DNA of 64,000 nucleotides from Botryllus schlosseri. Taxonomy: Eukaryota. Under the pieces are notes generated by a model. The model saw only the letters and a list, made by a program, of their open reading frames with translations. It did no database searches and had not been told where the DNA came from. The position numbers and the translations under genes were made by a program. Shown here one piece after another: positions 1-13,596 of the stretch; the first letter of the stretch is position 1, and every line of letters begins with the position of its first letter. The stretch lies in assembly GCA_051294905.1 (NCBI GenBank), contig CM119372.1:14386001-14450000 (forward strand), given 5' to 3'.

Positions 1-1585
1 AGAAAAGAGGTGTAAGGTAAGCGCTGGATATGATATCCAAACTATGCTGGATACTATATGCAGCATAGTCTGTGCTTTTCTTCACACCTCTTTTCAGCGG
101 GATCAATAAGGACTTTGGCATACCATATCCAGCATAGCCAGTGCCACCTCTTTTCTGCATTATCATTAATGACTTTAACAACGCCTACAAGTGCATTCAA
201 TTTGCTGTAAGCATCTGATAAGTGCCAAGCATAACCGGCCGATTCCGCCGATCCCTAGAGCATTCAAAACGTCACCTATATACTACAGCTTCAGCCCAAT
301 AACATCACACAAAGTATAGTGTCATTGTTAAGCATTATATATTTGTATTCACTGATGATGGATCCGTACTGAAACCTTGAATTCGCTCAACACTTGCGTA
401 AGCGCCTTTGCTTTATCTCGACGAAAACACGGCATGAAGGTTTCAGCCGTTTCCTTCACAATAAAGCAGTCATGCTGTAAAAGCTTCTGTGAAGCAGGTG
501 TTGTTTGTTCATCATGTATTTCGTAACTCAACATGTCCTGAATTAATCTTAACTCATCACCTGCCAAAATACTAACAATGCGCACTCAGAATCCCCGCCG
601 GTAGCAGACTTCTTGAACACCTAATGAGCAAGCTGCTGCTGCCGTGATCATTGGAGCATAGCCGATTAGCCAATCAAGAGCCGTGGTTATTTGATTACTA
701 GTCTTCTCGCCGTTCTATGGTCGGTGGCACGCCCATTCTTGAGAAGCTACTTTCAAACGCTTTGACCGAAATCTTAACGGCATTTCTGTAAGCTTCTTTC
801 AGGCTAATTATTGTTTTTTATCAGTAATCTATAGAATGAGACACAATCACGGAGACTTTTAAAGATTTTCCAAATTTTGGACAACCCTAGTACGCAGTTA
901 TTAATTTCAACATGAATGTATTCCAAACAAAGCAACTCGTATTATGTAAAGATCATGTGAGGTTGTGAACCACAACACTAGATAGTATCATCCTTTATGA
1001 TACGATGAAGAAATATTATGACGATTTAATTTTGTAGCTCTCGAATATAAGTATATTTAGTTATTCATTTCGTGCGCAAAGCTTCAAAACGTATTTATGT
1101 ACAAGGGGCTCTCACTCTCGAAAGTGATATACAGAGCCTTCTTCTTCGATTTCCACACGCTGTGCTCTGCGGGATATAGTACCTAGTTTGAATCATTTTG
1201 TTGTAAATGACCCTAGCAAGCGTGACTGCAGTGTTTTAACGGGAAATTGGCGATCTAAAAGCATGCGCGAATCATTTTGCATGAATTATAATAACCCACT
1301 ACATTTATGAAAACATATGTAGCAAACATAGTCGAGTGGCGCGACCAAAAACTTCGGGATTTGGCATGTTTTGTGGAATGAATACTCATTAAGGATATGT
1401 CCTACTACATCATCTACTGCGAATCCATTTTTCTTCAGCGCCCCCCTGATCCCAGCGCCCCCTGAGTGTTTCCGCCCCCTTCAAAATCGCCAGCGTCACT
1501 TGGGGGGCGCTGGAGACAAGGTTAAGAACCACTGATGTAATGGATTGGGTGATGACTGATGATGCTTGAAATAGATCCAATTTTG

Positions 1586-2422
1586 GGCAATTCTTCGTTA
1601 TTCCCCACACATCGAAAAAATGATCCCCATGACACCAATAAATGCTTCCCATGAACATTACCAGAAAAATTTATAAACGTCAAAATGAATTGTATTTTGG
1701 GTTGGGGTGGGGTAGACGGATATTAGGGATAGGATATTCGGTGGGTTAGGGTTAGGATATCCTAAGATTAGGGTTGGGGGATAGCCTATTAGGCTCGGGA
1801 GGTATCAGGGATGGGGAGTGGGAAATTAGGGTCTACCCTACAGGGTAGGTTAGGATATCCTAAGTTTAGGGTTGGGGATATTAAATATGGGGGGTTAGAG
1901 TCAAGTTTGGTATATCCTAAGATAAGTGTTGAGGATGGGGGATATTAGGGTGGGTTAGGGTCAAGGATGGGGTTAGGATATCCTAAGATTAGGGTTGGGG
2001 GTGAAGATTTCCATATTCTCAACACTAATCTCGGGATACCCTGACCCCAAATTTAACCCCAATCTTGGGATATCCTACCTTGACCCTAACCTACCCTAGC
2101 ACCCGCGTCCCGCAGCCCTAATCTTAGGATATCCTAACCCACCCTAATAACCCCTTCCCAACCCTGATCTTAGGATATACCAACCTTGACCCTAACCCAC
2201 CCTAATACCCCCTTCCCACGACCCTAATATCTCCCACCCCGACCCTAATATTCCCTTCCCCGACCCTACTATCTCCCACCTGACCCTAATATTCCCCTAC
2301 CCGTAATCCCAACGCGAAAGCAATTTATTGTGACGTTTATAAATTTTCACATGTTCATGGGAATCATTTATTGGTTTCATGGTGATCACTTCTGGATGTG
2401 TGGGGAATAACGAAGAAGTGCC
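1586..2422. mobile_element. Non-autonomous DNA transposon, Merlin-like (GG...CC ends, 8-bp TSD), with a telomere-like interior
   Basis: Imperfect TIRs of about 100 bp start GGCA(A/C)TTCTTCGTTATTCCCCACACATC. Exact TSD CAATTTTG at 1578-1585 and 2423-2430. The interior is G-rich (GGTTAGGG-like) and then C-rich (CCCTAA-like). Confidence 0.8.
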
Positions 2423-2496
2423 CAATTTTGTTCGTGTGGAAATCACATGTTTGATTCAGAGTGGTTATTTTGGGTTATCCAGGATTATATTTTCAG

Positions 2497-5400
2497 GGTG
2501 TTTCAACATGCGGACTTCCGGTTTCTCTCAAGCTGCGTGCGTGCGATAATGCGGTGCAGCTCATTAACGAACACTTACCAGAAGATATTCGAGTGCTCGG
2601 TGGGTGTTTTTTGTTGAAGGCGCTTTGCTAGGCCATGTATGACTAATACAGTTCGTCGAGCCATAAATCACTTGACCACAACATTGTTGCATGAAAAAAG
2701 ATTTATTATAAATACCTGCCTGTGATTTATTTAGAATTTGCACACGTTTGTTCATGTATGCAAAGAAATTTCTAATGCTGGTGATGGCAAAGCAAACATA
2801 TTTTTGAGCCATAAATACCTTTATTATTTAAATAGCATGATTTTCTGATCCATTCGACATGCATATACTAATGTCGTCAAAAGATATCAGTGAACCATCC
2901 AATAACAATAAGACACTGGTTATTAACGATTGCTGAATGCGTAAAGCCAAAAAGTAGGTAGGCCTACAATTTTTGGGGTGATGTCAATTGATGGATTAAA
3001 TTAAGCTGTGATTATCACAACTTCTTTTATTGAAGAGTGAATATATATTAAGAAATGAAAAGAGTAACGAAAAGTTTCCATGCCAAGAATCAAGCCGACG
3101 CACGAACCTACTCTTACACAATGCCAACGTTTGCTTTTGATAAAAATGTGGAAGATAAGGCTGCATACCGACTCGGCGAAGGTACATGAATTTTGAAGGC
3201 TTCAACTTTTGTATAACTCGTTACCAGCATGCAGTGTTGGGATGACGCGAGTCATGACTTGACTCGAGTCACCTTTTTCGTATGACTTGACTTGACTTGA
3301 CTCGAGTCACTTTGCTAAAATGACTTGACTTGACTTGGCCTATCAGAAATGTGGATTGACTCGTGACTCGGAGAAAAATTCACGAGTCAATTTCAAGTCA
3401 TCAAGTAACCGGTGTCGACAAGCTTACTTTGTCGTAAACCAGTATAGTGAAGTAATTTAATAGCAAAATGTATATTTCCCTTTTCTGTTCTTACTTTAAC
3501 CAAACCTCTTGTTTTATTGAAATTGAATTCGAATATAGTTTACATATAGTCCTTACCAATTGGCGCAAGCTCGAATTGTATCATATCAATTTTTAATGGG
3601 TAATGAATTGCATCTTATCAATTCGTTTCTCTGTTCTCTATTTTGGCTGGTAACTATAAACTGAGGCTATGCAATTACTTACGTAGTTTAGCAGTTCTAC
3701 GTAGCCTATATGTGAGCGATACAGCGCCTTCTTGTGTGTTTATCGGTTCAAAATCAATGACCACTCAACCTGTATTTCAGACAGCTAGTGAAATGCAATG
3801 ACGTAATCATGCTTCATACTTGGAAAGGCAACTTGACTTGAATTGTGACTTGACTCGTGACTTGACTTGACTCGACTTGACTCGAGTCACCTCCAAAAAT
3901 CGAGTGACTTGACTTGACTCGAGTCACTTTCGAAAATCTATTGACTTGACTTGACTCGAGTCAAAATGTGCAATGACTCGTGACTCGAAGGTAGTGACTT
4001 GATCCCAACACTGCCAGCATGTTACTCTGCCCTTACAGGGAAGCTGACTGATATCAAGAGAGTTCTGACCAAATACAAGGGAACTCATTCGTTTCACAAT
4101 TTCACTTCCGGCAAAAGGATGGGCGAATCGAGCGCGAAACGATATATCATCGACTTCTGGGCGGAAGTACCTTTTGTGCACGAATCCTTGGAGTTCATCA
4201 CGCTCAAAGTGAAGGTATTCAAAATGTTTGTGTCCGTATAGGTGTGGGCAGAATCGAGAAGCACCTGACCAATTATTATCGGTTTTCTGATAGTATCGAG
4301 TCGATGTCACACTTTTAAAGAAAGATAAGCAGGCTATCGTCCATTGGTTGTCGAAAATACCGGCAATTTTTGTGACGTCACAACACGGTTGTAGGAAGTG
4401 AGAAAACTATAATTTTCCACTGCTAGACTGGGAATAATGATTTCATTCATACAGCTTACAGATGTCCAGATGCATCTTACTAGTTTCTAGTCTATGTCAT
4501 GTCCAACCAGAGACCTGACTATAAAGATGTTCGAACAAACACTCTGACTTTTTGGAAATGCACCTTAGGCTAGATGCCATATCGTTTGAGAGTTGGCTAG
4601 ATGTAGCGGGGTTAAGCGATTTTATTCGTTTCAACTCAAATATCCCATATAGCGTAGGCTCTTTAATAGAGTATCACTCCTATTGACGTCATAACAATAT
4701 GGAGAATTTAGAAAGTTCAAATATGCAGCTTTTATATGACCACAGAAAATAATGTCCATTATACACTATGTTAGATAACTGGGTATTTTTCGACTGCATC
4801 TCTGAGACAATGCTGCGTGTTAATCACGACTTCTCAGCAATGTCCTACTAACGTGCGTAGATTTGTGCTGCGTGTTATTGACGATGCTACGCAACCGATC
4901 GAGTTTTCAAGGATTCCACGGTAGGAAGAAAGTATCGAAACTATAATTTCGGTACTCAAAAATATTGTCTCTCACTATTCGACTTGAACCATCATGATAA
5001 ATACTCGCTGGGGGAGAGGTTGCTTGGAACACCTTATCTGTCTGTGATCTTCTGGGGTTTCACTACTATGTTTACAGGGACAAAGTTTCATGATACATCA
5101 AATACGCAAAATGGTCGGTCTACTCATTGCGATGATCAGCGGAAGATCGTCGGACGACCATTTCGATCGTGCCTTCTCTCTACCGCTGGAAGATATCCCG
5201 AAAGCGCCCGGAAACGGTACCGCAATCATTTTTTTTCTCTGATAATTTTTCATGCCCGACAATCGACGTTTGTTTCGATAGGTTTAATACTCGAGCAGGT
5301 TCATTACCAGGCTTACAATAAGAAAAACGGGCACTTGCACGGGGGCGGTCTTGACTGGACGTCATGCGAAGAGAAGGCGGCGACGTTCATGAGGTCAAAG

Positions 5401-6634
5401 ATTCTTCCGATACTGTACACGTAAGGGATGAATGATTCCGTCGTCGGTGACGTCGCTACGACTTTATTCTTTGAAAAGTGAGGAAATTGAGAACGGCTGC
5501 ATGGAGAAGTGGTTGGAGGGGATGGTTAACCACGATTTTACCGGTGTGAGGCCGAAGGAACAGTGGAATGAGCAGATTCTAGAAAGACAGGTGGGGGAAG
5601 AATTTTTATAAGTTTGTTCACTGATGTATCACGGTCAGAAGTTGTCAACATAGTCAGTGTATCTACATCTACTCGAGTAGAAGTAATTTCGTAATCTTAT
5701 ACATAATTACAAGTAGAAGTTTTATCTTTAAAGCTAAATTTACTTCCAAGTAAATTAGAAAATGGTAGGTCTGAAAATTAGTTTTTAAAAAGTAGATTTG
5801 ATCTCAAGATGTCGCATACTTTTAGCAGAACGGAGGAGTTTTTGAGAACATGCATATCTACAACGATACAGTTACCTGATCGTTAAGTGATGTTAACCAA
5901 TTGAAAACCTTCTTTCTGTTTCGAAAATCTAATGTGTATATAGTGAGTAGTTTTGAGTCGAGCCTCATAAAACGGAAATAATTTTTCGGGGACATTTCGG
6001 AATGGTGCCGTCAGGCGCTGCTTATTCTCAAGTAGAAGTGCAAGTAGTCTGAAAACTCGACCACGCGGTGGAAGTAGACAAACCCTGCCAAAGTACTTTT
6101 GAAAAGTAGAAGTACTTGCCGACCGCGACTGATTACGATCTCGTTGAAAATGCGTTCTTTGTGATTGTTGATTGTATATATTCCATTCACATAATGATGT
6201 CTTAGGATGGGTGCCGGAAAAGTCGTGTTCTAAATTGAATTGAATTTTCTTTCCAATGATCAGTGGTACCAAGTTATTTTGAATTATCTTCAAATTGCTG
6301 ACGATTCCCCCGACGTCTGTCAGCCTAAAATATTCGGGTTTATTTCAATAGTTATATATTATTCAATTGTATGCTGCAGTTGTGACCTTCAAGTGTCTCT
6401 TCAAATAGTTGGACATCGAATTACAAAATGATGCAATGTTTGTTATTTTATGGAATGCCGGATGCTTTTAACAAATTATCCCAGCTATCAATCCTTCAGC
6501 AGAAAAATACTGACTCCGAAACCACGCCTGCCAACGAAGACCCTGCCAATCACCCAGCGACGGAGACAAGCCCAATTGATGATATTTCTCAGGACGAACC
6601 GGAGAGTAAAAGAATGAAAGTGGAAGAGGATTAA
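2497..6634 (+). CDS. PUS1: tRNA pseudouridine synthase 1 (TruA family), 5'-partial; 7 coding exons in the window
   Basis: GT-AG exons that splice in frame: 2497-2599, 3053-3181, 4039-4214, 5078-5216, 5282-5420, 5479-5590, 6485-6634. Motifs: GVS..PVSLK...INEHLPEDIRVL, KRVTKSFHAKNQADARTYSYTMPTFAF, YKGTHSFHNFT, KGQSFMIHQIRKMVGL, IPKAPGNGLILEQVHY. The catalytic RTD exon was not found and is probably upstream of the window. The last exon (acidic, ending PESKRMKVEED) is the least certain. Confidence 0.92.
3232..4013. mobile_element. hAT-type MITE with GACTCGAGTC/GACTT arrays (CAGTGTTGGGAT family)
   Basis: TIR CAGTGTTGGGAT...ATCCCAACACTG. Exact TSD CCAGCATG at 3224-3231 and 4014-4021. Confidence 0.88.
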
Positions 6635-9600
6635 TCAATCTCGTTTGCCCGACGACCATCGCCACTCGTCGACTTGGAGCTGATGACGGGTGACGTCCCA
6701 TCCGCGCTTTCCGAGTTCTTCGACAAAGTTGGCACGTCCGCAGTCTCGCCCGCCGGTTAGCTTCAGGACTTCTGCCTTGTGATACGCCTCGATAACGTCC
6801 TTTGGCGATGCCGTGTCTCTGAGGGCGGCATAGTATATACCTGGGCGAGGGTGCAATATGAGTGAGGTGCATTGGGAAAGGGATCTTGTTAATTCACGGG
6901 GTCTAGTGTATTTACTTATACACAACTGCATGGCCATAACCAATCACGGCTCACCATGAATATGTCAAAATTAACGGTGTTGATAATTCGTTTAGGTTTA
7001 AGGCGGGCAGCTTCCGGTCCCAGCCTGATATGGGTACTTATGAAGTACTTGGCGATCCAGTTTCCTGCATCGATACACCAATCGCGGACTTATCCACCTA
7101 TACAAGGAGTATATCGTGTTTAATTCAACTTGAAGGTTAAAGCATAGTGACCGAAAGAGTATTTATTGAATTTATTAATGTAATATACTTCAATAGTTGT
7201 TGAGTCTATGAGAAATCTGTGGTCGATCAAAATTGTTAACTGGAACGCAGGTATTTCTTTTTAACGCTTATAGTTATAACTATGTAGATCCACAAAAAAA
7301 ACTAAAGAAAATCACCTACAGGCACTATAATTCAACATAGTGAGTATTTGCGGCAGTTCGGAAATAGTCTGATCGGGCTGTACGTTACCCGCCTTTGGGT
7401 TACGGTATGCCATCAGTATTCATTACTCGCAGCTGTGCCCCAGCCCTAATGTCACGATACCCCAACCTAGCCATATCCCGTAACCCAAAAATGCCCATCA
7501 TAATTTTATGTGTTCATGGGGAATACTGGTTGGTGATGGTCATGTTGTTGTGGATTAGAAGTACAGTAGACCCAATTTACCTTGGTCGTTATAGTTCGAT
7601 ATGGCTTTGTTGTTTTCCATGGATAACTCTTGGATCAATCGTGACGAGTCGATTTTCAGATTGTCTATTCGGCAGCCCGCCTTGATCCATGTACTATCGA
7701 ACCCTTGAATAAGACAAGTGTCGAGCAGATGTTTTTTTTCTCAATAAATCCTTCCATACCTCCGTTGATTGGTTCTAGTGCATTTGCCTTTTTCGGATGC
7801 AGAATTTCTCTGCGCGGATTCGTGTAATAGTGGTCAAAAACTACTTTGAACCGCGCATAGTTGAGAGTGTCCATGACAACACACGTGACGGCTTTGTAGT
7901 TGGCGAATATGTGCAGGAATGTGAAAATGACGAAGAGGGTCCATATTAGTGGAGTGTTGCCGGTTACGGTTGTCGCGAACGTCAGATTGACAATCAGGGC
8001 GAGTAAGTTTACTAGTGTTTCCTGTAATCGGAAAGTGGATTAAATTCAAGGAATTCATCAGATTACCAACCCTTGATTTCTAAATGATAAAGGGAACAAA
8101 TATTTAAGAAGAGTCCTGAACAAGAGGTCTGACTGACTTAAACCAAGTTGGTGCGACAACTGCTATTTCTTGCATTTTATGAAAAGTTTTAATGGGTCTA
8201 CAATATCTTTCAACAGTGATTTTTCAAGTGAACGAGTCATTTTGAAACACCTGCTGTGAGTCAAAACTGCTTCAACGGAATCATTAATAACGATGAAAGG
8301 CCTAGAAAAGGGGAGGGCAAACTTTTCAGCTCGCGGACCGCACTACGATAAAATCGTATTTATAAGCCAAAAATCAAGCTTTTATTCGACTAAATAAAGC
8401 AGTGGTTCTCAAACAGTTTTGACTGCGACCCAAATCTGAGTTTTAGTGGCATCTTGCGACCCAAACCTCACACATCAAATCGCATACGTTTTAAATATAA
8501 CTATGCTACATTTTACAGCATGTGTACGATACGGAGAATGCGCAGACATCAGTCGTACACAATTAGGGCTGCATTTAAAACAAACATGTTCAAAAGAAAA
8601 TGCCCACACACACAATGCTAACATCAGCATGTAACCTTTAAAGGCGTTTCAGCAAAGGGCTTACTCTATCAAACTTGCCTATTTCACGTTCTTCTGTGGG
8701 GACGACATCAACATAATTTACTATTGTCCCAAATAATTCGATTGATTTATTTTGCACCTCATAATTTTTGATAAACTGTGCCTATAATTAGGATGTTTGG
8801 ATTTAAATGGTGACTTAAATTGCAGCAACAAATTCATTATAATAATGTCATATTATGACAAGTAATACATATTGCTTTATCATCGACGCCGGAACACAAG
8901 TAAGCCTGCCTATCAGTTGATTCTTTATTGATTGCAGCATTCATCTTCAACTTTCCGCTTTTTGTATTACTTCGGAGAACTCATTAAGTTTGAAATGATT
9001 TGCAACTAACTGCGCATATGGAGGACGAATCTACGAAAACCACGCACCAATCGGTTTATCCAAGTACAACACTGAAAGTTCCAAGCAGGGTTGTAATGAC
9101 TCGACTCGAGTCACGATTTTCTGATGACTCGACTTGACTCGAGTCATTTTTTCAAAATACGGAAATGACTCGACTCGAGTTAATCTGTGTATTGACTCGA
9201 CTTGGACTCGAGTCATTGCGCATGACTCGAACCAAGTCATTGACTTGAGACTCAGACGGCCAAGATCGACATTTCATTGTAATTCCGAAGCCAACACACT
9301 ATTGGGATTTCGTCTGTTGGTACTGGTACTTGAATATGCGACCAGAAACTGCTAATAGTGAGGAAAATTGGTATATTATAAATGCGAAACATCCGATATC
9401 ACCAAACAGAGTTATAAAAAGTGGGTTTACCAAGACTTTAACTGGAAAATGAGCAGTCTTGGACTCGGACTCGAGTCATAATTACATGACTCGGACTCGA
9501 CCCTCTGCTCGCTGACTTGGACTCAGACTTGACGGTGAATTGAAATGACTCGACTTGACTCGAGTCAAAACTATAAAAGTGAGATTGACTTGTGACTCGG

Positions 9601-12390
9601 AGCCTTGCGAATTGGCTACAACCCTGGTTCCAAGGTCATATCACAATGTGATTTTAACTCATTTCCGTTTCGATTTTCTTGGATATTTAGCAATTGAAGC
9701 GTTTCAAAATGCGTAGGCCCTGAGGTCGGGCTATTGTGCTAACAATAAAATCAGAAAATGCAATAATGTCTTACTCAATATCATAACAAAATATATTAAG
9801 AAGAAGGTTAATCAATTCGATCTAGTAATTTGATTCTTTACTGGAATTATCAATATTTGTATTGCGTTTCTCGATGCCTTCGAGGGCCGTAGTTTGCCCA
9901 TCCCTGGTCTAGAAAGATTTGAAGAATCTTCAAAAAGATTTGATGGCTACTTGCGAAATTGAAAGACGTATCTTCGCGATTGACTCATAATCACACTACA
10001 AATAGAGCCATTCTCGTAAATTATATTCAGTTTACAGTAGGCTTTTGCACACTGTTCTTATGATAATTTCACTCATAACAGTGATGCAAAACTGCTCCTG
10101 AAACTACTCTTTACTTTTCAAAGTCTAAAGTGTACAAAGTAAGTGATTTTATCCTAAGAACTGTTCAAGTAGCAGTGGGATTAGTCTAAAACAACAACTT
10201 GAGTAAGTAGTGAAGGTTTATGTACCTGAGATCCATCTTTGGCTGACACATCAGCCATATTATTTCTTTTAGCCTGATGCATCGTTAACGCAGCTCTGGT
10301 GCAACCGCCGGCAACCCCAACAAGAGCAAAAGCAACACCTGGGATAATCAAGTCATATTCTTCCACTAGAACATGTTTGCAACCCAGTTCATGTCTCACC
10401 CGCCATGCATGTAATAACAGTGAAATATTCCTTAGGGAACATCGGTGCGATAAGCGTCGTAAATATGGCACAATCGTTTAGAACATCTGCGAACAATCGC
10501 CACTTTTTAGCATCCCGATCCAAACTTGCTCTGAAAGTAGTCAGAATTTTCTCATCACAGGAATATTTGTTCATAATGACAGCCCCATACAAACATTACA
10601 ACCGGACACTTGATGCAATGGTCTTAATATGAGAAAATTAAGTAGTAATATGATACAGGACCCAGCCCCAGACATAATGTTACATCAAGTCTCGTGAGAC
10701 ATGAATAATATATTTGCTATAGTGGATTGCATTTAGTGTTGGTATATTAGGCTTCTAGTGCTTTTGGCACCACTCAGTATTATAAAAACTTTAGAGTCTG
10801 GCAACTTTCTGAAATGATAACGATCAACAAAATAATGGATTCAATTGTTTCTAATGGCTTTCAAGGTTTAACAAGGTATAAAGTGAAGCATGACATGCAA
10901 TTGTACCACTGCACCGGGAACACTAAATTTTAATCGAAAGTTAGCATAGTTACCCTTTATAGTAGGCAAACGCTATTCTTCCCACCATCCCTGTGCCATC
11001 TGAAGTAAATTTCGAAGCCTGCAGTCACATGAGAATGATTCAACACAAAGAACCCCTCACCCTTCAGCAGCCATGTAATAGTCGCACTCGCAATGTTTGC
11101 CGTTTCATCACCAACACCCGAACCTTTGAGAACAGCTTGAGTTGCAAGTGCACCAGTGATGCTACTGCAGAATGCTTGGATGGTGTCCCATACCTGAAGG
11201 ACATAAATTTGGGCCATATGCTCAGTGAGGTCACATAATTCAAGATAATCATCGGGTAATTCATACTCATGTGTCAGCATTTTTAAATACACAAGGAACA
11301 ACTACCAATCCTCAAAAATTGACCGCCATTGCTTCTCGCAATGAATCAACAAAGTGCACATATAACAAACATATGAGTCTACGCTGGATGAAGAACAGCG
11401 AATTAAAAAGATGAAAATCCTATTAAAGAAATAGAAGACTCGAAACCCCGATCTCCAACAAAATATAATGTCTGAGTTTGGAAGTTGCCACAATGTCAGT
11501 GTAGACAAACAAAATATCAAAACTTTGTCATCCACTCGTTAGTATAGTGAAAATGATTCAGTAGGCAATACCATTAGTACTACTATGTCGTGTTAAACTT
11601 GTGTTTAGCAATCAATGTAATCGTGGAGGAAAGAAGGACGAATAGGGGCACATTCAATTCTACATGTTTGAACTTGTGTGGGATTTACATTGATCCAGTT
11701 GAATATTGGAACTGAAGTTTTGCTGTTTGCGCTAATTTGTATGGAGATAATCAGTATGATGTCCTGGAAAGTCGTTATTTCAGACTGTAATCTGCATATT
11801 TGATATTTCGTTCCTTCGTAGTGTGACCAAGTTCTTCGTATTTAATCACAACATCCCACCTGTCCATGCAAATTAGACGTGATTCTGCAGATATATTTTC
11901 ATAGCTCGGATTTCGATACCTAATACGATATTGCAGTGTTGTGTCTGCCCTAGGCTATGCCAGTCATGCTTTTGTCGGTTTCTCTCAATCAAAAGTATCA
12001 TTCTATGCATATGCGCACATAACATTGGTAAAATTCGAATTGATATGTAATCAATAAATTGTACTGAGAGTATTATATATAGGCTTGTAATGCTCACTTG
12101 ATATTCGAAGTAGTCTTCACTGACACTTTCTGGGTAACCTTCGGGCAAAAATACACGCTGAAAAATAGATAAAGGACATATCGTTTGAAAAATGAACGGT
12201 ATTTACGACCGCACGATAAATCGTTTATTACCCTGATAATTTCCTTGGTCGACGACATGTCGTCCGAATTATTCAATAATCGGGCTTTTGTCGAATACGC
12301 GTCACGTACATAATGTGATGGTTTGATATCAGATCTAGACCCATACCGTTCGGTGCATAGAACTCCACCAACATCGCTCAAATCCGTCAT
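6635..12390 (-). CDS. RUSF1: RUS family member 1 (C16orf58/DUF647 homolog), 9 exons, about 410 aa
   Basis: Minus-strand exons 12390-12232, 12157-12098, 11193-11061, 10999-10954, 10530-10400, 10338-10226, 8021-7760, 7703-7581, 6840-6635 total 1233 nt in one frame. Motifs: FLPEGYPESVSEDYFEYQVWDTIQAFCSSITGALATQAVL, DGTGMVGRIAFA, LDRDAKKWRLFADVLND, NMADVSAKDGSQETLVNL, HIFANYKAV, C-terminal LGKRGW...LQVDEWR. Confidence 0.93.
8308..9906. mobile_element. hAT (Charlie-like) non-autonomous element carrying nested insertions
   Basis: Ends AAGGGGAGGGCAAACT / AGTTTGCCCATCCCTG. TSD GCCTAGAA/GTCTAGAA (7 of 8 match). Contains a second hAT left end near 8400 and the 9086-9626 MITE. Confidence 0.7.
9086..9626. 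mobile_element. hAT-type MITE (CAGGGTTGTA family, GACTCGAGTC arrays)
   Basis: TIR CAGGGTTGTA...TACAACCCTG. Exact TSD GTTCCAAG. Homologous to 21812-22369 and, in reverse, 32771-33342. Confidence 0.88.
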
Positions 12391-13596
12391 GTTTTACAGA
12401 TACTCCTTAATTCTCATTAATATTATTTATGTTTACCAGCAAACGTATTAGATCAGACGTGGGGATCTCCCCTTGCCGCCGTGACAGTTGACAAGGACAA
12501 CCACTGAGGTATATAAACAACAGAAAAGAGGATTTAAAATTTGTACATCCAAGTATATGAATAATTTCGTTGTCATGTCTAAATCCAAGTCCAAATCCGA
12601 TAATGAGTTTATGACAAAAGTCGCATGACAAATTTAATATCAGAAATTTTATATACAAGTCCGAATCCTTATCCGGTGAAAATCATCAAATCCATATTTT
12701 TGTTCAAATAATAATCCAAATCCATGCTGATCTTTTCTTGACAACATAAACGATTTGGATTTGAACAATAATAATCTCGTAACTTCCCATTTTCATGCCA
12801 TGTATTTTGATCAAATTTCAGCCATTAATAGATTTGCACTTGAATATGGACGCGATGCCAAATTAATCGGAAACTGGATTTGAATTTGGACATCTCGACA
12901 CTTGACAGCTGAGACTGTTGAAACTGCTGAAATCTAACGTAAGACAGTATTGTGCATTGAAGCGTTAAGACGGAGTAACTGAGAGATTGTCAATGAAACA
13001 GATCCATTCGATGCATCTAAGACCTCACAATCACTCATATTTGTTTTTATGAGAAGTTTCAGGCCATAATTCGACATGCCTTATTAGGAAGTTCCTATTT
13101 CACCGGAACCAGAACAAGGATATCTTTGTACACGTCATTGATCACGTGATCAGGAAAAGCCTGTATACAACATTCCATTCCATCTGTATTAATTGCAAAA
13201 TTTCACAGGATTTGCGCGGTCTTGTGTTACGTAATATTATTTTTAAGCATAATAATATGCGAAGACGGAAGCAGCCCCCGCACTACGCTGAGAGGATAGA
13301 TGTGTTTGAGTTGGTAGCCTCAGAATGTGTTAAACTTTTGGGCACACTTTCAGTCTCTGTCGCCGTTCTGAAGTATATCGCCAGCGCGAATCCAGTTCAG
13401 TTTACAAATTCCATCACACTAACCGTCATTGGATTCGACTAGCGATATATGATCTGAATTTTGATATAACATTGTTCCGTTCAAGTTATTATCACTTATA
13501 TGTGCCACAAAGTAACATGATTGTGCATTAAGATCCTAGTCTATAGCCTAGTCTTCAGTGAATTATTTGCGTGAAAACATACATGAAGACTTGAAA
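12391..13596. promoter_or_regulatory. Probable bidirectional promoter / 5' UTR region between RUSF1 and SMIM14
   Basis: Head-to-head start codons lie 1.2 kb apart, and a probable SMIM14 non-coding exon ends at about 12938. No specific core-promoter element is claimed. Confidence 0.45.

Noticed and set aside
1700..2300. True telomere or telomere-fusion site
   Set aside because: The repeats are degenerate and enclosed by TIRs with a TSD.
3232..4013. GACTTGACTCGAGTC arrays as a CRISPR-like or regulatory array
   Set aside because: There is no repeat-spacer periodicity. The arrays are bounded by TIRs and an 8-bp TSD and recur in other MITE copies.
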